From Tubulanus polymorphus (lineage: Eukaryota > Animalia > Nemertea), in NCBI RefSeq assembly GCF_964204645.1, contig NC_134028.1, positions 6,634,001 to 6,698,000 on the forward strand: a stretch of DNA of 64,000 nucleotides, in the 5' to 3' direction. The position numbers were made by a program, and so were the translations under genes. Under the pieces are notes generated by a model that saw nothing but the letters and a program-made list of their open reading frames with translations, ran no database searches and was not told where the DNA came from. Positions 39,353 through 53,700 of this stretch are shown one piece after another. Numbering within the stretch: position 1 is the first letter of the stretch; each line of letters starts with the position of its first letter.

Positions 39353-40187
39353 GCCGTTTGTTTCATTGATCTGTTCTCAATCTCTCAATCTTCGGATATG
39401 AATGCAAATTAGATCGTTTATACCCAACTCGAATACGGTCTTCGCAGATTGGAAAAAATTTTATGGGCCTGTTTGGCCAGTTCCAAAGTCGAGACTAAAG
39501 ACCAAAGCGGTCTTAAATTTTAAGATCAGTCTCAAGTTTTCAGATGGCTATAGAACTAAAAAATAGGCTCGTACCAGTCATAAGTCTAGGGCGTGATGAT
39601 GGAATCAGCCCTGGGGCCAGTTCTGTAGTCGAGACTTAAGTCCCTAAGTGGTCTTAAATCTTAAAACTGATCTTTAGTTGTTAGTTCGACTTAAGAACTA
39701 AGTTTTTCTAAGACCGGTCTTGTCGTCACAGCACGGACAGAGTTCTTCAATCCTTAACGAGAAGAAGTTATTGTTTTGTCATAGGATAGCGTGAAGCCCC
39801 ATTTGGTTTTCACAGGTCAGCTCACAGAATATTCCAGCCCCTTCTCTATGTATGTGGGTGGCTCCAGCGGGACTTCAGACTTAGCTCTAAGAATGTCCAT
39901 GCAAGGTTTTTTCGTTCATTTCTGTGGGAATATAACTTCGACAGTTCCTGATAATCAAATCCCGATGTTATAGCCAAAAGGTTTTAGATTTCTGGTTATT
40001 TTTGGCTGAGTGTTTAAGCTGCTGGATAGTTTTGGGTTGTATTCTATCGCCTGCTGTGGCTTGGCTTCTACTCACAAGATCAGGGGGATAGTAGTTTCGA
40101 ATGGCGTGAAGCTTAATATTAGTTCAGTTTTGCTACCATACGGAGAATGGAGTAGTTTAATTCAATTTTTTGCACTGAAAAAGGACC

Positions 40188-40300
40188 TGAGCCCGGTTTT
40201 TATAGACCGGTATTACCTTTAACCCGGGGGCTAACTCTATTGAAAATGAATTGAGTTAGCCCCTGGGTTAAAGGTAAAACCAGTCTATAAAACCGGCCCA
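40188..40300. mobile_element. short palindromic MITE (related copy 48622-48718)
   Basis: CCGGTTTTATAGACCGGTATTACCTTTAACC ... GGTTAAAGGTAAAACCAGTCTATAAAACCGG. Confidence 0.7.
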
Positions 40301-41594
40301 TGGCATTTGCCTGCCAACGTTCTCTCCACTTCAACCGATAAATCGAAGAGTTTTTCTGTTAGCGGGTCGAGTGTTTGCGTCTGAGAATGCATTTTGATTA
40401 ACTTCCTTTTCTAAATGAGATATGTCAACGAATGCAGCAGAGAGTGTTTATGATCTATCGTTGCGATGAGCCTATGCAAATGAGCGAGATGTTTTTGATG
40501 CATATTTCATCATTCAAGAGTGTTTCACAGTTTGTCACGCATGCGCTTGTCATCCGAAACAAGAGACAGTTGAAATACGTGTATTCATCTGTTACAAGAT
40601 ATTCATCGTTAAATCGAAATCTGGCGTTATGCGTATCTACTTTAGCTCGAGGCTCCCGTAATTACGTTCGATGAAGACTTATGTAGATTCATTTGTATAT
40701 GAAACAATGATCTATTCGCTAAGCCGCGTGCGTTCGACAACTTCATTACGATACGACGTCCGTCTGTCCGACAAATTCTGCTGATTTGTAGGATTTCACG
40801 GCGAGGAAGTGTAATTTAACAACGATGGAGTCGTCACTGGTGCTGTTTCAGATGAATCCTCACAGAGTCCGGACATCTTAACCTACCACTCCGTAATATA
40901 CCGAAATAGATAGCTTTTTACATAGAAATTACGGTGCCACTAGTTTTTCCTAGAAGCAGTCTTATGTCGTCGTAGATTTCGTAACGTTTCGTACCTAGAT
41001 GCCGCGGTTAAGATTTCAAAGTCCGTCATGATTTAAGCTCTTGTCCTGCAGTGGTGTGGTGTGGTTGGTGCATGAGAGTCAAATGCGACATTAACATATT
41101 TTGCGTTTAAAAAACAAATTATCAGGATACCTCGCCATGTGAAGAACGGGCGTAAATGCATTAGTAATAAATTCAGATCACTCGGAAAATGTCTGATTGA
41201 AAATCTTATCAAGAAGATAAAAATAAGTTTAGCAGTAGCGTGTTCTGTGCGTGGGGTACTAGCAATTAGCGCTGAAGACTAATGATTAAAACAGCTGATC
41301 GTGTTAGAACCTTCTATCTCTCTATGCCTCTCCTTTCCTTCTCACTCCATTTACACCGTTCAGTGGGTTGCTGTTTACCAGGAAGTATCTCAATTTCGCG
41401 GATTACTTTCTTTGCAAGTTCGTACAGGCCGAGGGAATATCGCGTCATGGATGTTTAGTTTCTCCTGTAGTCAACTCTTTGATTATCATGTCGTCCGTCG
41501 TAAGTTTCAAGATTAAAGTTATGAAATGTTTTATATGTTGTAATTTATTTTTCACTTGGTAAATAACCATGCAAGTTGAACAGTTTATTAGACT

Positions 41595-41937
41595 ATAGCC
41601 ACGATCACCTGGCGACTATTTGGCTCGGGCCAAATTGGCACGGATCGGGCCTGAGTCAAATTTGGCCCAAGCCTAATTAGGGATCGCGTTCACATATAAA
41701 CCACTCTTCCATACTAAACAATGCTCAAAACGAAGTGAGTCATTTCCTGAACCAGTTGAATTCAAACGCAATCATTTGTCCTGTGTTAAAATTTGGATGG
41801 GGCCTCGTCCGCGGTTTTTGGTCGAGCTGAATTTGGCCCTGGCCAAACAGGCACGGGCCTACATTTGGCACCCGTGTGAACAGTTGTTCCCAACCAAATT
41901 TGGTGCGGGCCAAAAACACTTATGTGTTCGCAGCTTA
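41595..41937. mobile_element. Harbinger-like MITE family copy (near full length)
   Basis: TAGCCACGATCAC ... GTGTTCGCAGCTTA; internal sequence shared with the other copies. Confidence 0.7.
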
Positions 41938-44900
41938 TAATTAAAGGTTTATTTGGATCTAATAGATAGCATCAGATAAATGTCATGGTGACTATTGAAA
42001 TTGTATGTTAACAATGTTGTTTGTCCACCGAATAACTCAACCTTTTAACTGGTCAAGCAACTTTTGAGCAATTGGCCCCAGAGCCGCTGCTAATAGAGCG
42101 AATCATCGCATCTAGGCTTTTAAAACAAGCGCAATCAAAAAGCTATTTCGATCAGATCACGTCGGGAGTTTCATGCAATTCATCAATTGTCGCGGATATC
42201 TGGTAAATATTCAAGCACTTTGTCACTGTCGACGACATCGTCTTTTCTATGAGACATCGTTGTTGTATAGATATACAACCGGGTACTAAATGATGGATTA
42301 CTATCCTGAAGAGTCGTCGTGTTGTCCGAGCTATTGGTTACGCAGTGATTTCTGCGATGTTTCCTGAGACGACACGCGCGTAAGACCTACCTGAGGATAT
42401 ACGCACGATTAAAGAAATTGATCGGACGATGATTCTTTTCTTTCTCATTTGATCTCTCCTTCTTCCCGTTGCAAGCTGCCAGCCAGCCGATGTTGCTGAT
42501 GTTCAGTATTTTCTTACTATTTTATCCCTAAAAATGTCGACGTCATTATTTGTTGGATGCGTACAGAAATGTGAAAGATGTTACTGAGAGTCTTGCTGTT
42601 GATTATTGATAATCTGAGACTAGTTGCCCAAAAGTTGGTTAAAGATAACCGGTGGATAAATACCATAGAAACAATGAATCTTTATTTGTCACTATGTCAA
42701 CTAGCCACTGGTTAACACTTAACCAACCGTTGAGCAACTGGGTCCCGAACATTTACTTTCATATCTCAATGAAATTTTACCGAAAAAATTCAACTTGTTA
42801 CTGATAGCACTTTGCCAATTTTGGCAACTCTCTGGAGTCAGCAGAGCGTAATGCCGCAATGTATTCAAAACCAACATTGAACTCGATTGGGGACCGAAAT
42901 TATCCCAGAACGATCGGATTACAACGAGCAGACTCTGTGGGGCGATATTTACGAAATCGTTACGAAATGCAATTTTCTCCCGGGCGTAATTAGTTTTCTG
43001 AATTAATAATTAATTTACGAAACAATATTGATCAACGATTCGCGACGTAATTAAGTTCGTTCGTGGATCGACTATTACGCATTTGTCACTTTCTTAAAGC
43101 CGGGCAAAATGATTGTCGACCCACTTCTATGACCGGCGGACATGCCCATCAAGATTTACTTCTAAGATGTAGAATATCATCGTGTCTAAATCTTGATATT
43201 TTTCGATTATACCGTGGACTTTCAAACGAGGAGTCCGTGATTATGCATAGGAATATTGCGCTTGAGTACGAGTGGCATTTGCTAGAACAAGTGTTATCCC
43301 GGACAACATTCAGGATCAGCGCCCGTCAGAATTAAACATTCATAGAACATTGAATACGAATTGTTCTTCGGCTCAGTGTTTCTATAGAGATTTATTAATC
43401 GGATTTCGCGAGCATCGATTCAAATGCAGATGTAAGAAATCTCATACGGTTTTTCGGTCACCGTTGCAGGCTTCGTAGCCAGCCGCCTAGAGGCATATGA
43501 AATTTGTTGTTCGCATTCCAGGGTTCCTGGGTTCAAATCTTGGCGTAGTATTCGCCGCGACATGTAAACATAGCTACGCAGACCTTCTTGAATGCCCAGG
43601 TGATGCCTGGGACATCTACAAATCTGTATTCCAATTCTGCTATTTTTCAGCTATTGAATTAAGCCGCAATCACACGAACGTTTTTGGCCCTAACAGATTG
43701 GACCAACCATTCGCGAGGGTGCCAAATGGACTGCGTGCCTGTTTGACCCGTGCCCATCAAAAATGATGGACCAGGCCTGTGTCAAATGCTAGCGTGGGTC
43801 AAATTATTGCATGAGAACGGTTACTGGTTCTGGAAGTGATTTACTTCGCTTCGTTAAAGCATTGTTTAGTAATTAGTGAGTGGTCTACGTGTGAACACGC
43901 TCTCAAATTAGGCACTGGCTCCGGTCTGGTTCGGGCCAATTCGACCTGCACCAAATCGTCTCCGTGTGATCATGGCTAAAATGTTTTGCCCGTGAGAAAT
44001 AAACACCTTGAACCTACTCAAATGCCCCGTAGGAGACTGGGACGTCAGCAAATCTGTCTGTATTCCAGCTCGTAATTGTCAGCTTTTGAAATGCGTTTGT
44101 TTTTCATCGTAGTACTGAAGATTTCGTGAAAGCGTTGATAAACTATATCGAAGCGACGCCGCGTACATCACCCCCTCCTCGACTCGCCGAGAATTGAAAT
44201 TTCATTAATGCGGGATCATCGTTGTTTTCTGAATTTGATTTAGAATTTAATTGTTCATATTGTCATGGCAACGTGCGATTTAAATTCTCGTCTCTCTCGG
44301 GGGCAAAGAGCGCGACAGATGCAAACGTACATCTTTTTCCCCTACCCCTTCCGCAAATCTGACAACTTACAAACTTTTATCGTAGACATTTTCTAATAAT
44401 TGTGATGGTTTTACGTTATCATCGAAGGCTTAGGTGTAATTGCTACTATGCTATTAATAGTGATGAAACATTTATCAAAATGTGATGAGAATTTTTCCCG
44501 ACTAAATAAACCCGGTGAACGCGTGAATAGCTCCGAGGCTCCGGCGATACGGAGTAACCTCTGAACCTGATTAGAGTGAATCGTGCGGCACGAAACTTCC
44601 TCGTACGCTCGGCGCGGCGCCTGCCTTTCTTCATCCTCCCTCGGCAAGGATACGTAACCTGTTGGTATCGCTAGACTCGGCTTATGACATGGAACCCCGC
44701 ACCGAGTGTGGGCGGATATGCATGCAGCGTTCGAACGCCATATTCAGATTTCCTGTTTCTCTGGCAACTATAAATGGAATAACGTGGGCTAAAATAAAAC
44801 GTGATTTCAGATTGGCTGATAATGACTTCATCTTTTAAGCCGAGCACTTGGGCTAGTGTGGTTGGGTTTTATACCGTGGCGAGTGTCAATGCCATCGCGT

Positions 44901-44995
44901 TCAATCCATGCTGAAGGAGAAGATACTTCCTCAGTGCTCAAAGTATCGTTCGTCCTTTACACCATGTAGAGTCCATGCTTACACGAAGCAATACA

Positions 44996-45262
44996 TAAGC
45001 CGCGATCACGCGGACATGATTTGGCCTGGGCCAAATTGGCACGGATCAGGCTCGGGCCAAATTTGGCCCATGCCTAATTAGAGAGCGCATTCACGCGCAA
45101 ACCATTCACTCAAAACTAAACAAAGCTCAAACCAAGCGGAGTGGATCATTTCCGTTACCAGTTGCAATTCAAACGCAATCATTTGTCTGGTGCTAAAATT
45201 TGGCCCGAGTCTGTTGGTCACTAAATTTGTCCGGGCCAAAAATGCTCGTGTGATCGCGGCTA
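44996..45262. mobile_element. Harbinger-like MITE family copy
   Basis: TAAGCCGCGATCACGCG ... CGTGTGATCGCGGCTA. Confidence 0.75.
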
Positions 45263-45896
45263 TATTGTCCAGGGACGATGAGGAATGTTTACCACACATT
45301 CGATGATGATCGTGCGTAGAAGTCAAAGTATTCTGACATCACTTATTCTGATCTGAAGTTCACCTGCCATTTCGAGTTGGTAGTGGTTTACCTGATTGAA
45401 GAAGTGTGAATTATGTCGTCATTCTGTCCACGCATTAGTGCCATGTTCTCCTGGGATTTCAGTTAAATTAACACGCGTGTTATTGGAATGGCATGTTTAT
45501 CTCGCGTGAACCTAGGCGTCGCCTTCTTGACTTGTCACCAACACTCGTCGATAAGCAAAAATTTTGATTATCATGGCGGGCGGGGATCACCGGGGTGCGA
45601 TATTGTTGATCGATTGTCATAATAACGCGTAGTCATGCAGTGTCCCCGTTACCTGACGTCGCCTAGCAACTTATCTCCCCGATACGTGTTATATCTCGTT
45701 CGGTTGTTATTGAATCGTCGTTAAATCATGGAAAATGAAATCGATTCATTTGGTCGTTGTAAGTGTGTCAATAACAGCGTGTGCGTGCTCGAAGCAATTA
45801 CCAGTTTCTTTCTCATGAACAAATGCTTTTTCTCCCAGTACCGTCTCTGTTCGCGATAGACTGTCTACTTCGCTCTCGTTCCTGCCTGCTTCTCCC

Positions 45897-46130
45897 TATT
45901 GCTGGCTGTCTTGTGTCTTCTCCCTAGTTGCTGGCTGTCTTCTGTCTTTTTTCTCATTCCTGGCTGTCTTGTATCTTCTCTCTCGTTGCTGTCTGTCTGG
46001 TTGTCTTTTGTCTTCTCTCTTGTTGCTGTCTGTCTGGCTGTCTTGTGTCCTTTCTCTCATTGCTGTCTGTTTGGCTGTCTTGTATCTTCTATCTTGTTCC
46101 TGGCTGTCTTGTGTCATTCTCTTCTGCATT
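45897..46130. repeat. degenerate pyrimidine-rich minisatellite (CTGGCTGTCTT core)
   Basis: Repeated TGGCTGTCTTGT motifs. Confidence 0.8.
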
Positions 46131-46644
46131 TTGTGCAGTACCCTGTGGGCTGCACTTTCGTTATTTTTTCTTCTGTACTGCCCGATGGTCTCGCGTCTGC
46201 TGCATTCTCGTTCAATGTAGCGCATCATGCCACAAGAGAAAGTTTCTCCCTTTGGGCCGTACTGGCTGATATCGACTTGATTTGTTTCCCTGACTTATCC
46301 ACCGTGCTCAGTCAGTTCCAGTTCTGACAGAATGATCGCTCCTAGGTGCAGTATAACTGCTCTCGCATCTTACCATAAGTAGTGGAGGCAGGAGTGACCT
46401 CCTCAACATAAGCTACAGTGCCTGGTATTTCCACTTGCCTGGACTCGTGTAAGACTCTCCCTTCTAGATCTTCTATAATTAAGATTACTGGTCTTGCTCA
46501 TTTACGTCGTTGTTATTCTGTCCTTGACAGTACGTTGAACCACGGCAATGTCCAGCTTCGCCTGAACTTGTTTTTCTCACAGATCAACTAAGGTTACATT
46601 AACATTATCATGAAAGCAAACATACATTAAGAGGATATGTTTGT

Positions 46645-46875
46645 GTTAAGAGAAAATGTATTTAGGTATCTGCAGATATGTTGATCATGATAATAATGAT
46701 ATCTATTTTCATCTTACTATAAATCTTACATAATAAGTTATTTCCATTACGAGTTTTTGTTAAGAGAAAATGTATTGGGGTATCTGCAGATATGATAGGA
46801 TAATAATGATAATAATGACATTTATTTTCACCTTACAATAAATCTTACAAAATTAGTTATTTTCATTATGAGTTT
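46645..46875. repeat. local direct duplication (~115 bp x2)
   Basis: GTTAAGAGAAAATGTATT...TATCTGCAGATATG...AAATCTTACA occurs twice. Confidence 0.8.
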
Positions 46876-49096
46876 ACATAGGAATTCGAAGCGTTTCATT
46901 TCATATCTGCGTACGGAATTTTGACTGCGCAACTGGTAACTGGATGGGACGTCGTGATCTTCAAACTCGTCAGTCACGAGTAATGAGGTGATCCTCGTCA
47001 AGGACACAATTCTATGCCATCACAGGTTCAAACGCTTACCGAGGGATTACGATGCTTGATTGCTGATTTTCATGTCTCATTGACTCTTCAAATGAGCGTT
47101 TAATGGGCGCGCGCCGAGCTGAAAAGAAAAGAAAGTGTCTCATAACAATATTCCTCCCATTCATGCGAAGCGCGCTCGTTCGCGTGTATGAGTTACATAA
47201 GTGCATCTCGATTTACGTCGCCCCACGTATTATCAATCGCTATTGATTAACCTATGTCAATAGTCAATCGTTATTGATCGTTTATTGATCGGATCGCGTC
47301 GTCAATAGCGCTCGGGAACGTATGAATAGGAAATGATGCTGGATATCTGCCGCTTGCGGGTATTTAACGTGTAAATGACTAGTTAACAGACTTATGTCAA
47401 CTGTGGGGGGGACATAGCAACATGCAGCTTTCAGTCAACAACTTCGTCTTAGGCCTATAATGCTCTATATGTGTATGTGAACATTTCTAAGGTCCCTGTC
47501 CGGCCAATTTCTTGACAACGATCATATAACGGTCTTTCTTGGAAAATGTTGTCGGTAAAGCCAATTGACATTCTAAGTCATATTGTTAGCCGTTTTTTCG
47601 CGGAACCAAAAATCTTATAGTTACGTATAGATATAGATTTAAGACCTATTCTACATAATTTAGGTGCTTAACCAAATATGAAAAACTAAGATTTGTCTTT
47701 GAGAGATTCAAAACTTTTTTTTTTGGTCATGTCATATATATGTTCCTGCCAGGGGCTGATTTGATTGACTCGCATTATCTTTAACCATGGCTGACTAAAT
47801 TCATATTTAATTGATAATACCTTGGCCATTTTTTTCCTGGCCATTTTTTCCTTGGCCATATTTTCCGATTTTATTATTATTTTCCGTTCACCCTGTAGAA
47901 ACCAGGCCTGGGTACTGATCGACATTTTACACTGTTTCATTACTGCGGCTATGATAATCCTCGGCTTTAAAAAGAAACAAAGAAAAAAAAAACGTATTCT
48001 TCATGGGTGTATTTTTTCGAAATGGATTAACAATTCAGGGGTGGTTGTTTTGCTTTTTTCGTCCTCAGTTGCAAAGTTGATATTTAGTTGTGTTGCCACG
48101 AGGTGTCATTTTAATGTCAGAGTTCGATATTTTTCACCGAACGTTACCTGCAGAAATCGGATCTCACAGTGTTTAGTGATCGCGTGTGGGAGTCAGATGG
48201 ATTGTGTTGAATAGCGCGCGGTGTTATTTTTTTTGTAGCAGACCTTGTTGTTGACTGGTGTTTTTTTTTTCATATAGCAGGTGATCTCTCGAAGGTGATT
48301 GTATTCAATCGATATCGTTCATACTGAAGTATGGTGCCTAATACGCCATCTACCAGTAGTTCTCTATACTAATGATTGTTCTACACCATTAAAGCCGTTA
48401 CAATGATGTTTACAGATGTTGCTATGAAAGAAGAACAAGAACAACGGCATTGTCTACAAGGGCAGGGGTTCATAACATGTCTTGTTCAAACCAGATTTCA
48501 ATCGTTAGGAATAGGAGTATGGGCCTTTGGGCTGGTTTTTTTACTGGGTTCAGAGCCATCAGGCTCAACTCCTGTCCAATGAAGAAACTGAAAAATGACT
48601 ATCCAAGGGTTACAGACACCTGGGGGTGGATTTATAGACTGGTATTAACTTTAACCAGCTGGCTAACTTAATCCATTTCAATAGAGTTAAAGTTGATGCC
48701 GGTCTGTAAAACCGGCCGCAGATGGCTTGACAAAGTACAGTTACATAGTGAAAATTAGTTCATTTTCAATGAACTTTGAACAGGACTTTAAGGCTCCTTA
48801 ATGGAAGTGTTGCCGAACAAGTCATTACTTAGATGTACTAGATATAAGATTGATGCTCCCGTTGAGTAAGTGTATGGTATAGTTTACTGAAAATTGACTA
48901 ATGAGAAAAGTCGATACAAATTCTATTGAAATGTAGAAGAGATAGAAGTGCAGTAACCACAAGCGAGCCTGGCATAATCCTCACTTGCCACAATAACGGT
49001 GTGCTGGTACCCCATTTCACGGTACTCGTATCCGTTTTGAATATCTCAGTTCTGGAGAAATATTTAATCATTTTCTTTTCTTCTTATTTCTTCTAG

Positions 49097-49264
49097 GAAG
49101 AAGCTGCAGCTGCCCAGAAGAAATCTTCCACGCCCCCTAGTGACGAAAGGGATGAAGACGTGTCGCCGACCCCGCCGCAGCCCGGCCCGAAAAAACGAAT
49201 CCGTCGCGGCGCCGTCAGTGCTGAGGTTTATACCGAAGAAGATGCAGCTTCATACGTTAAAAAG
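49097..49264 (+). CDS. PRKAR1: cAMP-dependent protein kinase type I regulatory subunit, hinge/pseudosubstrate exon
   Basis: TTCTAG|...|GTAATC; [56 protein letters not shown] contains the RI inhibitor motif RRGAV/ISAE. Confidence 0.95.
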
Positions 49265-50358
49265 GTAATCATTTATTGACATGAACGTACGCAATGCTAT
49301 CAACCCATGATTCAACTGCTGTGCCTTGACCTATTATCCCTAAGCCACAGCACAAAATCCTGCCTGATCAGCTTGAACGCTCAAATGCGCAGTGCAAATC
49401 AGAAAATGGAATAGGCCAAGCTAAAATAGAATTCGATTTCTGGTAAGATGAATACAACGAGATGAGTAGTACTTTTATGGGTTCACTATTTTCATCGAGT
49501 GAATGGGACCCATTAACTGGATGAAGCTACTATTCATTAATAGCCAAAGCTCGTGCATCAAATAAAATAGTTAACCTATAGAGCATTACTTGTCTCATTG
49601 TATTTATTCCATACCAGGTTAACACGGCTCCTCTACGAGATTTCTGATTGGCTAATAATGTCATCATCTAAGCTGCGCACTCCGGCTAGTGTGACAGGGT
49701 TTCGTACCATGGCGAGTTGCGATGCCATTAGGTTCGAATTCCTGTGGACGGACGAATGGTTTCGGTAAACGATCTTAAGTGACTTGACTGTCATCTGTAG
49801 TTCATTCGAAATCTGATAGATGTCAGCGCTGTCTCGTCAATCATGGATTGTAGTCGTTGCCGTACGGATTATGCCCAGGCGATGTAAGAAATGATCTTGT
49901 TGCCTAGGAGATACGGTGCGGCAACCATCGTCCAATCACCTGTGTGCGTTGTACGATAATGTCCCTCTACACCCGGCTAATGATGACTTTATTAGAAAAA
50001 TAGATCTTAACCCAGTTCAACGGAACTGTGAGCTTGGGTTGACTCCTCAGTGGCTTTTCGCACCTAGTTACGAAAATCAGAAGGTGGCGCGATAAATTCG
50101 ATAGATTGATTGGTTATCTTTGTCAATTTCTAATTAAAATGTATCTAGGAAGGGTGAGGTCTTAAAGGAACACCATGTGAAGTGTAGACGGTGATAAAGC
50201 AATGAATGAACATCTAAGGCATACCTGACTACAAATTCTATTCGAGAGTAGTAACTAGATAGTCCAGGAGCTAGGTGTCTAGGTATAGAGTTTTAACGAT
50301 GTTCAAAAATATCAAAATATTCCAAATCAGAATTATTTCTAGTACATTTACGATAAAG

Positions 50359-50728
50359 CAGGGATGAAAATCTTCCGACCATAGACGGATTTCCGACCTT
50401 TTCTAACCTTTCTTTATTCCTGAGAACAGTGTAAATCATCTCAATTGCTTTAATCACCTAAATCGCGGGCGTCACATCGGAGCGCTCTGTAGTTAGGAGT
50501 CCTCCTTAAGATGGTTTTCGGCAGTTGTTAGCAGAACTGTGGAGTCGGAGAAACCAATATGGCGTCTCATTCAAAAAGCGGCTCTAATTCAGGCCCAAAC
50601 TATTAACATTTTGACCAAAAGGAAATAAGTTTTTTGGCTAAAAGTTACTGATTTTTGTTCCCCAAAAAATTCTTTTTTTTTTTGAAAAAATTTTCCGACT
50701 TTTTCAATATGGGCCGTTTTCATCCCTG
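50359..50728. mobile_element. hAT-like MITE
   Basis: CAGGGATGAAAA ... TTTTCATCCCTG, ATAAAG directly flanking both ends. Confidence 0.65.
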
Positions 50729-53700
50729 ATAAAGAGAAACAACGATTACGGATACCGGCTAAGTCTGGTCTGTCTTGATGGGTTATGCGTCCAGCCAGCT
50801 GCAGATTGATATGCTATTTTCAGTCGAGTGTCACCGATGAGAATCAAACTGAAGTGCGCTTGTTCTAGCCCCACCTTTGTAATGTCATCGCTTTTTAAAA
50901 ACGACAGACATCATTTGATTGCAACCATCATTTTCCGCTGACAGTCGCGTGTTATTCCACTGTCTATCATTCGAGAGGAGTAACTCGCCGAACGACCATT
51001 TCACTGCCCCCTCAAAAAAATGGATGGATTTTCCTTGTAATTTTTTTTCTTCGGTTGCGAAAGAATTCGAGAAGAAGTATGGGAAAATTCGGGGAATTTT
51101 ACAAACAACCCGGATAACTTCGGACAATGCCATTGACCTCGTGAAAGATGACTGAATTCTGACATTTTAAACCTAGAAATTTTTCTTAATTATTCAGGGA
51201 ACTTAGTTTAATCACATGGAAAATCAGGGATAAGTCAAAGGGGTAAATGGGCCTCGGTGAATAAGAAAAATCTGTATAAACATCAGAGAAAACTCAGGGG
51301 ATTTCGAAATGGGCGTTAAGTTGCCACCGTGAATAAGAATAATCCAGAAAATATCACGGAAAACTGCGGGGATTTGTAAATCGGCGGAAAGTGGCCACGA
51401 TGTAGAATGAGTTAAGATCAGTGAATCGCGGATCTGTTTTTCATCCTCAAACAGGTGTTTTTGAGTTTCATCCGCACACGTTTCGTTGTTGTTAATAACG
51501 TGTTCTTTCCGTCGTCTAATTAAGTACGAACCCGAACTTGCCGATGACGATGACGACGACGATGAAGGCGCCTCGGGTCATTCTTACCACCGTCAGGTCG
51601 GCGCTAATTGATCGTCAAATGGATTTTCATAACGGCATCGAATGATCGACTATCTCGATCGCGAAGAAAAAATTCGACCAGCAAATTGAAAATTACACTT
51701 CACGACGGTCTTTGATAATGATTGAAAAAAAAAAAATGTTTTTGATGCGTGTAAATTTCAACTTTCGTTTTGAAGAGGCGATTGCCTTCGAGTATTTTTC
51801 GAACGCCGATCCGATATTTTCGTTCTTGATATTACGCCGATTAATTTGCGGAGGTGAATGAGTTCTTGATTGTCACGAACTGAATGGCAATAAATAGTCT
51901 GACGCGCAGCTAAAATGATCTTTGTTGCTATTTACGGGTGAATCTTGTCTCCCAGATGTCTAAAGTGAAAGGACCGGCTTTTAAAATCCTCCCTCGCGCG
52001 TCGTAAGATCCAATAGTCAGTTTCTCTAGATCATATTTTTTTATTAATCAGTCTTTAGATTCTTTCCGCACTTTCCCTACAGTGCGGATGACAATTGAAA
52101 TGGCTGAACATAATTAGTAATACACTTAGCAGCATCTGATTCGTTTTTAGAGTCCACGGTCGCTTCGAGTAACTAATTTTGCAACGGCTTTTAATCTGAC
52201 GCGCAAATGAATCACTGACAATCTTATACTTTTATTATTGTTGCTATGTGCGTATTTGACTTAAGATTACAAAACTAAACTATTAGATAAAACCGGGTTG
52301 AAGAATATTATTTTCCAATCATAAAATTCAAAATGAGATGAATTTGAAGTTAGTACTCGATCATGTGTCAATGTGCGTTATTGCGAAGCTTTTGGTGTTT
52401 ACCGAACTCGGAAGTTAATACCGTGTCTTTTGCCTGTTTCTGTTATTGAATATTTTTGCATTTATTGTATGCAATTTCTCTGTGGTTGCTTACGGGAAGA
52501 AAACAGCGGTGATGAATATTCACCGAATACTTCGTAGATTTCGTTAGTTATCAATAAGTGTTGTACGGGCACTCAGAACTGCTGTAGTGCGTTTATGATA
52601 CCCAGCACAAAATGAAAGAATTGAAATAACTCATTCAGAGTTTTTCTGATATCAATATTTGATGATTATGAATTCAGATTAGTTGAATGATTAGATGATT
52701 AGATGAAAACTTTTTTTTACCCCATGGCCATCAGATCCTAAGGGGCAATAATGGCTGACAGACATCCTGGAGGAGTTTGTTCCCATTCTATGGTCTACAG
52801 TTTTGAACCAAGTTCTTCATAACTTGGTGTGTGGATTATGGCTGGGCGGAGGGTGGGCCCTATTGATTTGACCTATGTATATCATCCAAGATGGCCACCA
52901 TAGGCATATTTGTGTATGAGATAGGCACGGCACTTGTTCCCGATCTACTTACCATAGTTTTTGAATGATCTTCTTTTAACTTGGTATTTATGTTAGAGGT
53001 AGACGGTGGATGAGCCCTTTTGTTTTAAACATATGTTGGTCATCCAAGATGGCCGCCATAGGCATATTTGTGTGCAAGATAGGCATGGACTTTATTCCCG
53101 CTCAATATTTTTGACTGATCTTCTTTTAACTTGGTATTTAGGTTAGGCATAAAAAGTAATCGAAGATGGCCGTCACAGCCATATTTGTAGAGCCTTCATA
53201 TTTAAGGTTATTGCAAGCGTTGCCAAGTCAGGATTCCTGATTCCCAATCAACAATGCGTAGTAGATAGATAATTAGATTCAGAACTCCATTCGGCCGCAG
53301 CCTTATCTTTTTGTTTTTTGGCTCAGAGAAATTCAGCGCGAATGAGTTCTTTCTCGAAGACTTTTTTGCCGTATTGAGAATCAGTTCGGTAATTCACAAT
53401 TACTTACAGCAGGTTTATTAATTGATGTTATTACGTAATGAACCGCAATATTGAACGCCTCGTTCAAGTCTTTGATCAACAATTAATAAACCGTAATTGT
53501 TTTCGTCGCGCTCCTTAATTAAGAGTTGATTAATAATCTATTTGTTTGTTGATTATTCGCCTATAGCAAATCTTCGGCTTGTTTTTCTTTATCGTTTTTT
53601 TTCTGGCTCCAACTGAGCGTTACGTCACCATGTGACCTGGGAGAGCTCAGACCACTATTCCAAAATCTTCTTTATCCTATAGTAAAAAGAAATTCAAACG

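Noticed and set aside
38899-39369. 156-aa and 132-aa ORFs (SL/RE-rich)
   Set aside because: Translations of the (CT)n microsatellite
45896-46327. Overlapping ORFs of 83-142 aa
   Set aside because: Arise from a stop-poor degenerate minisatellite
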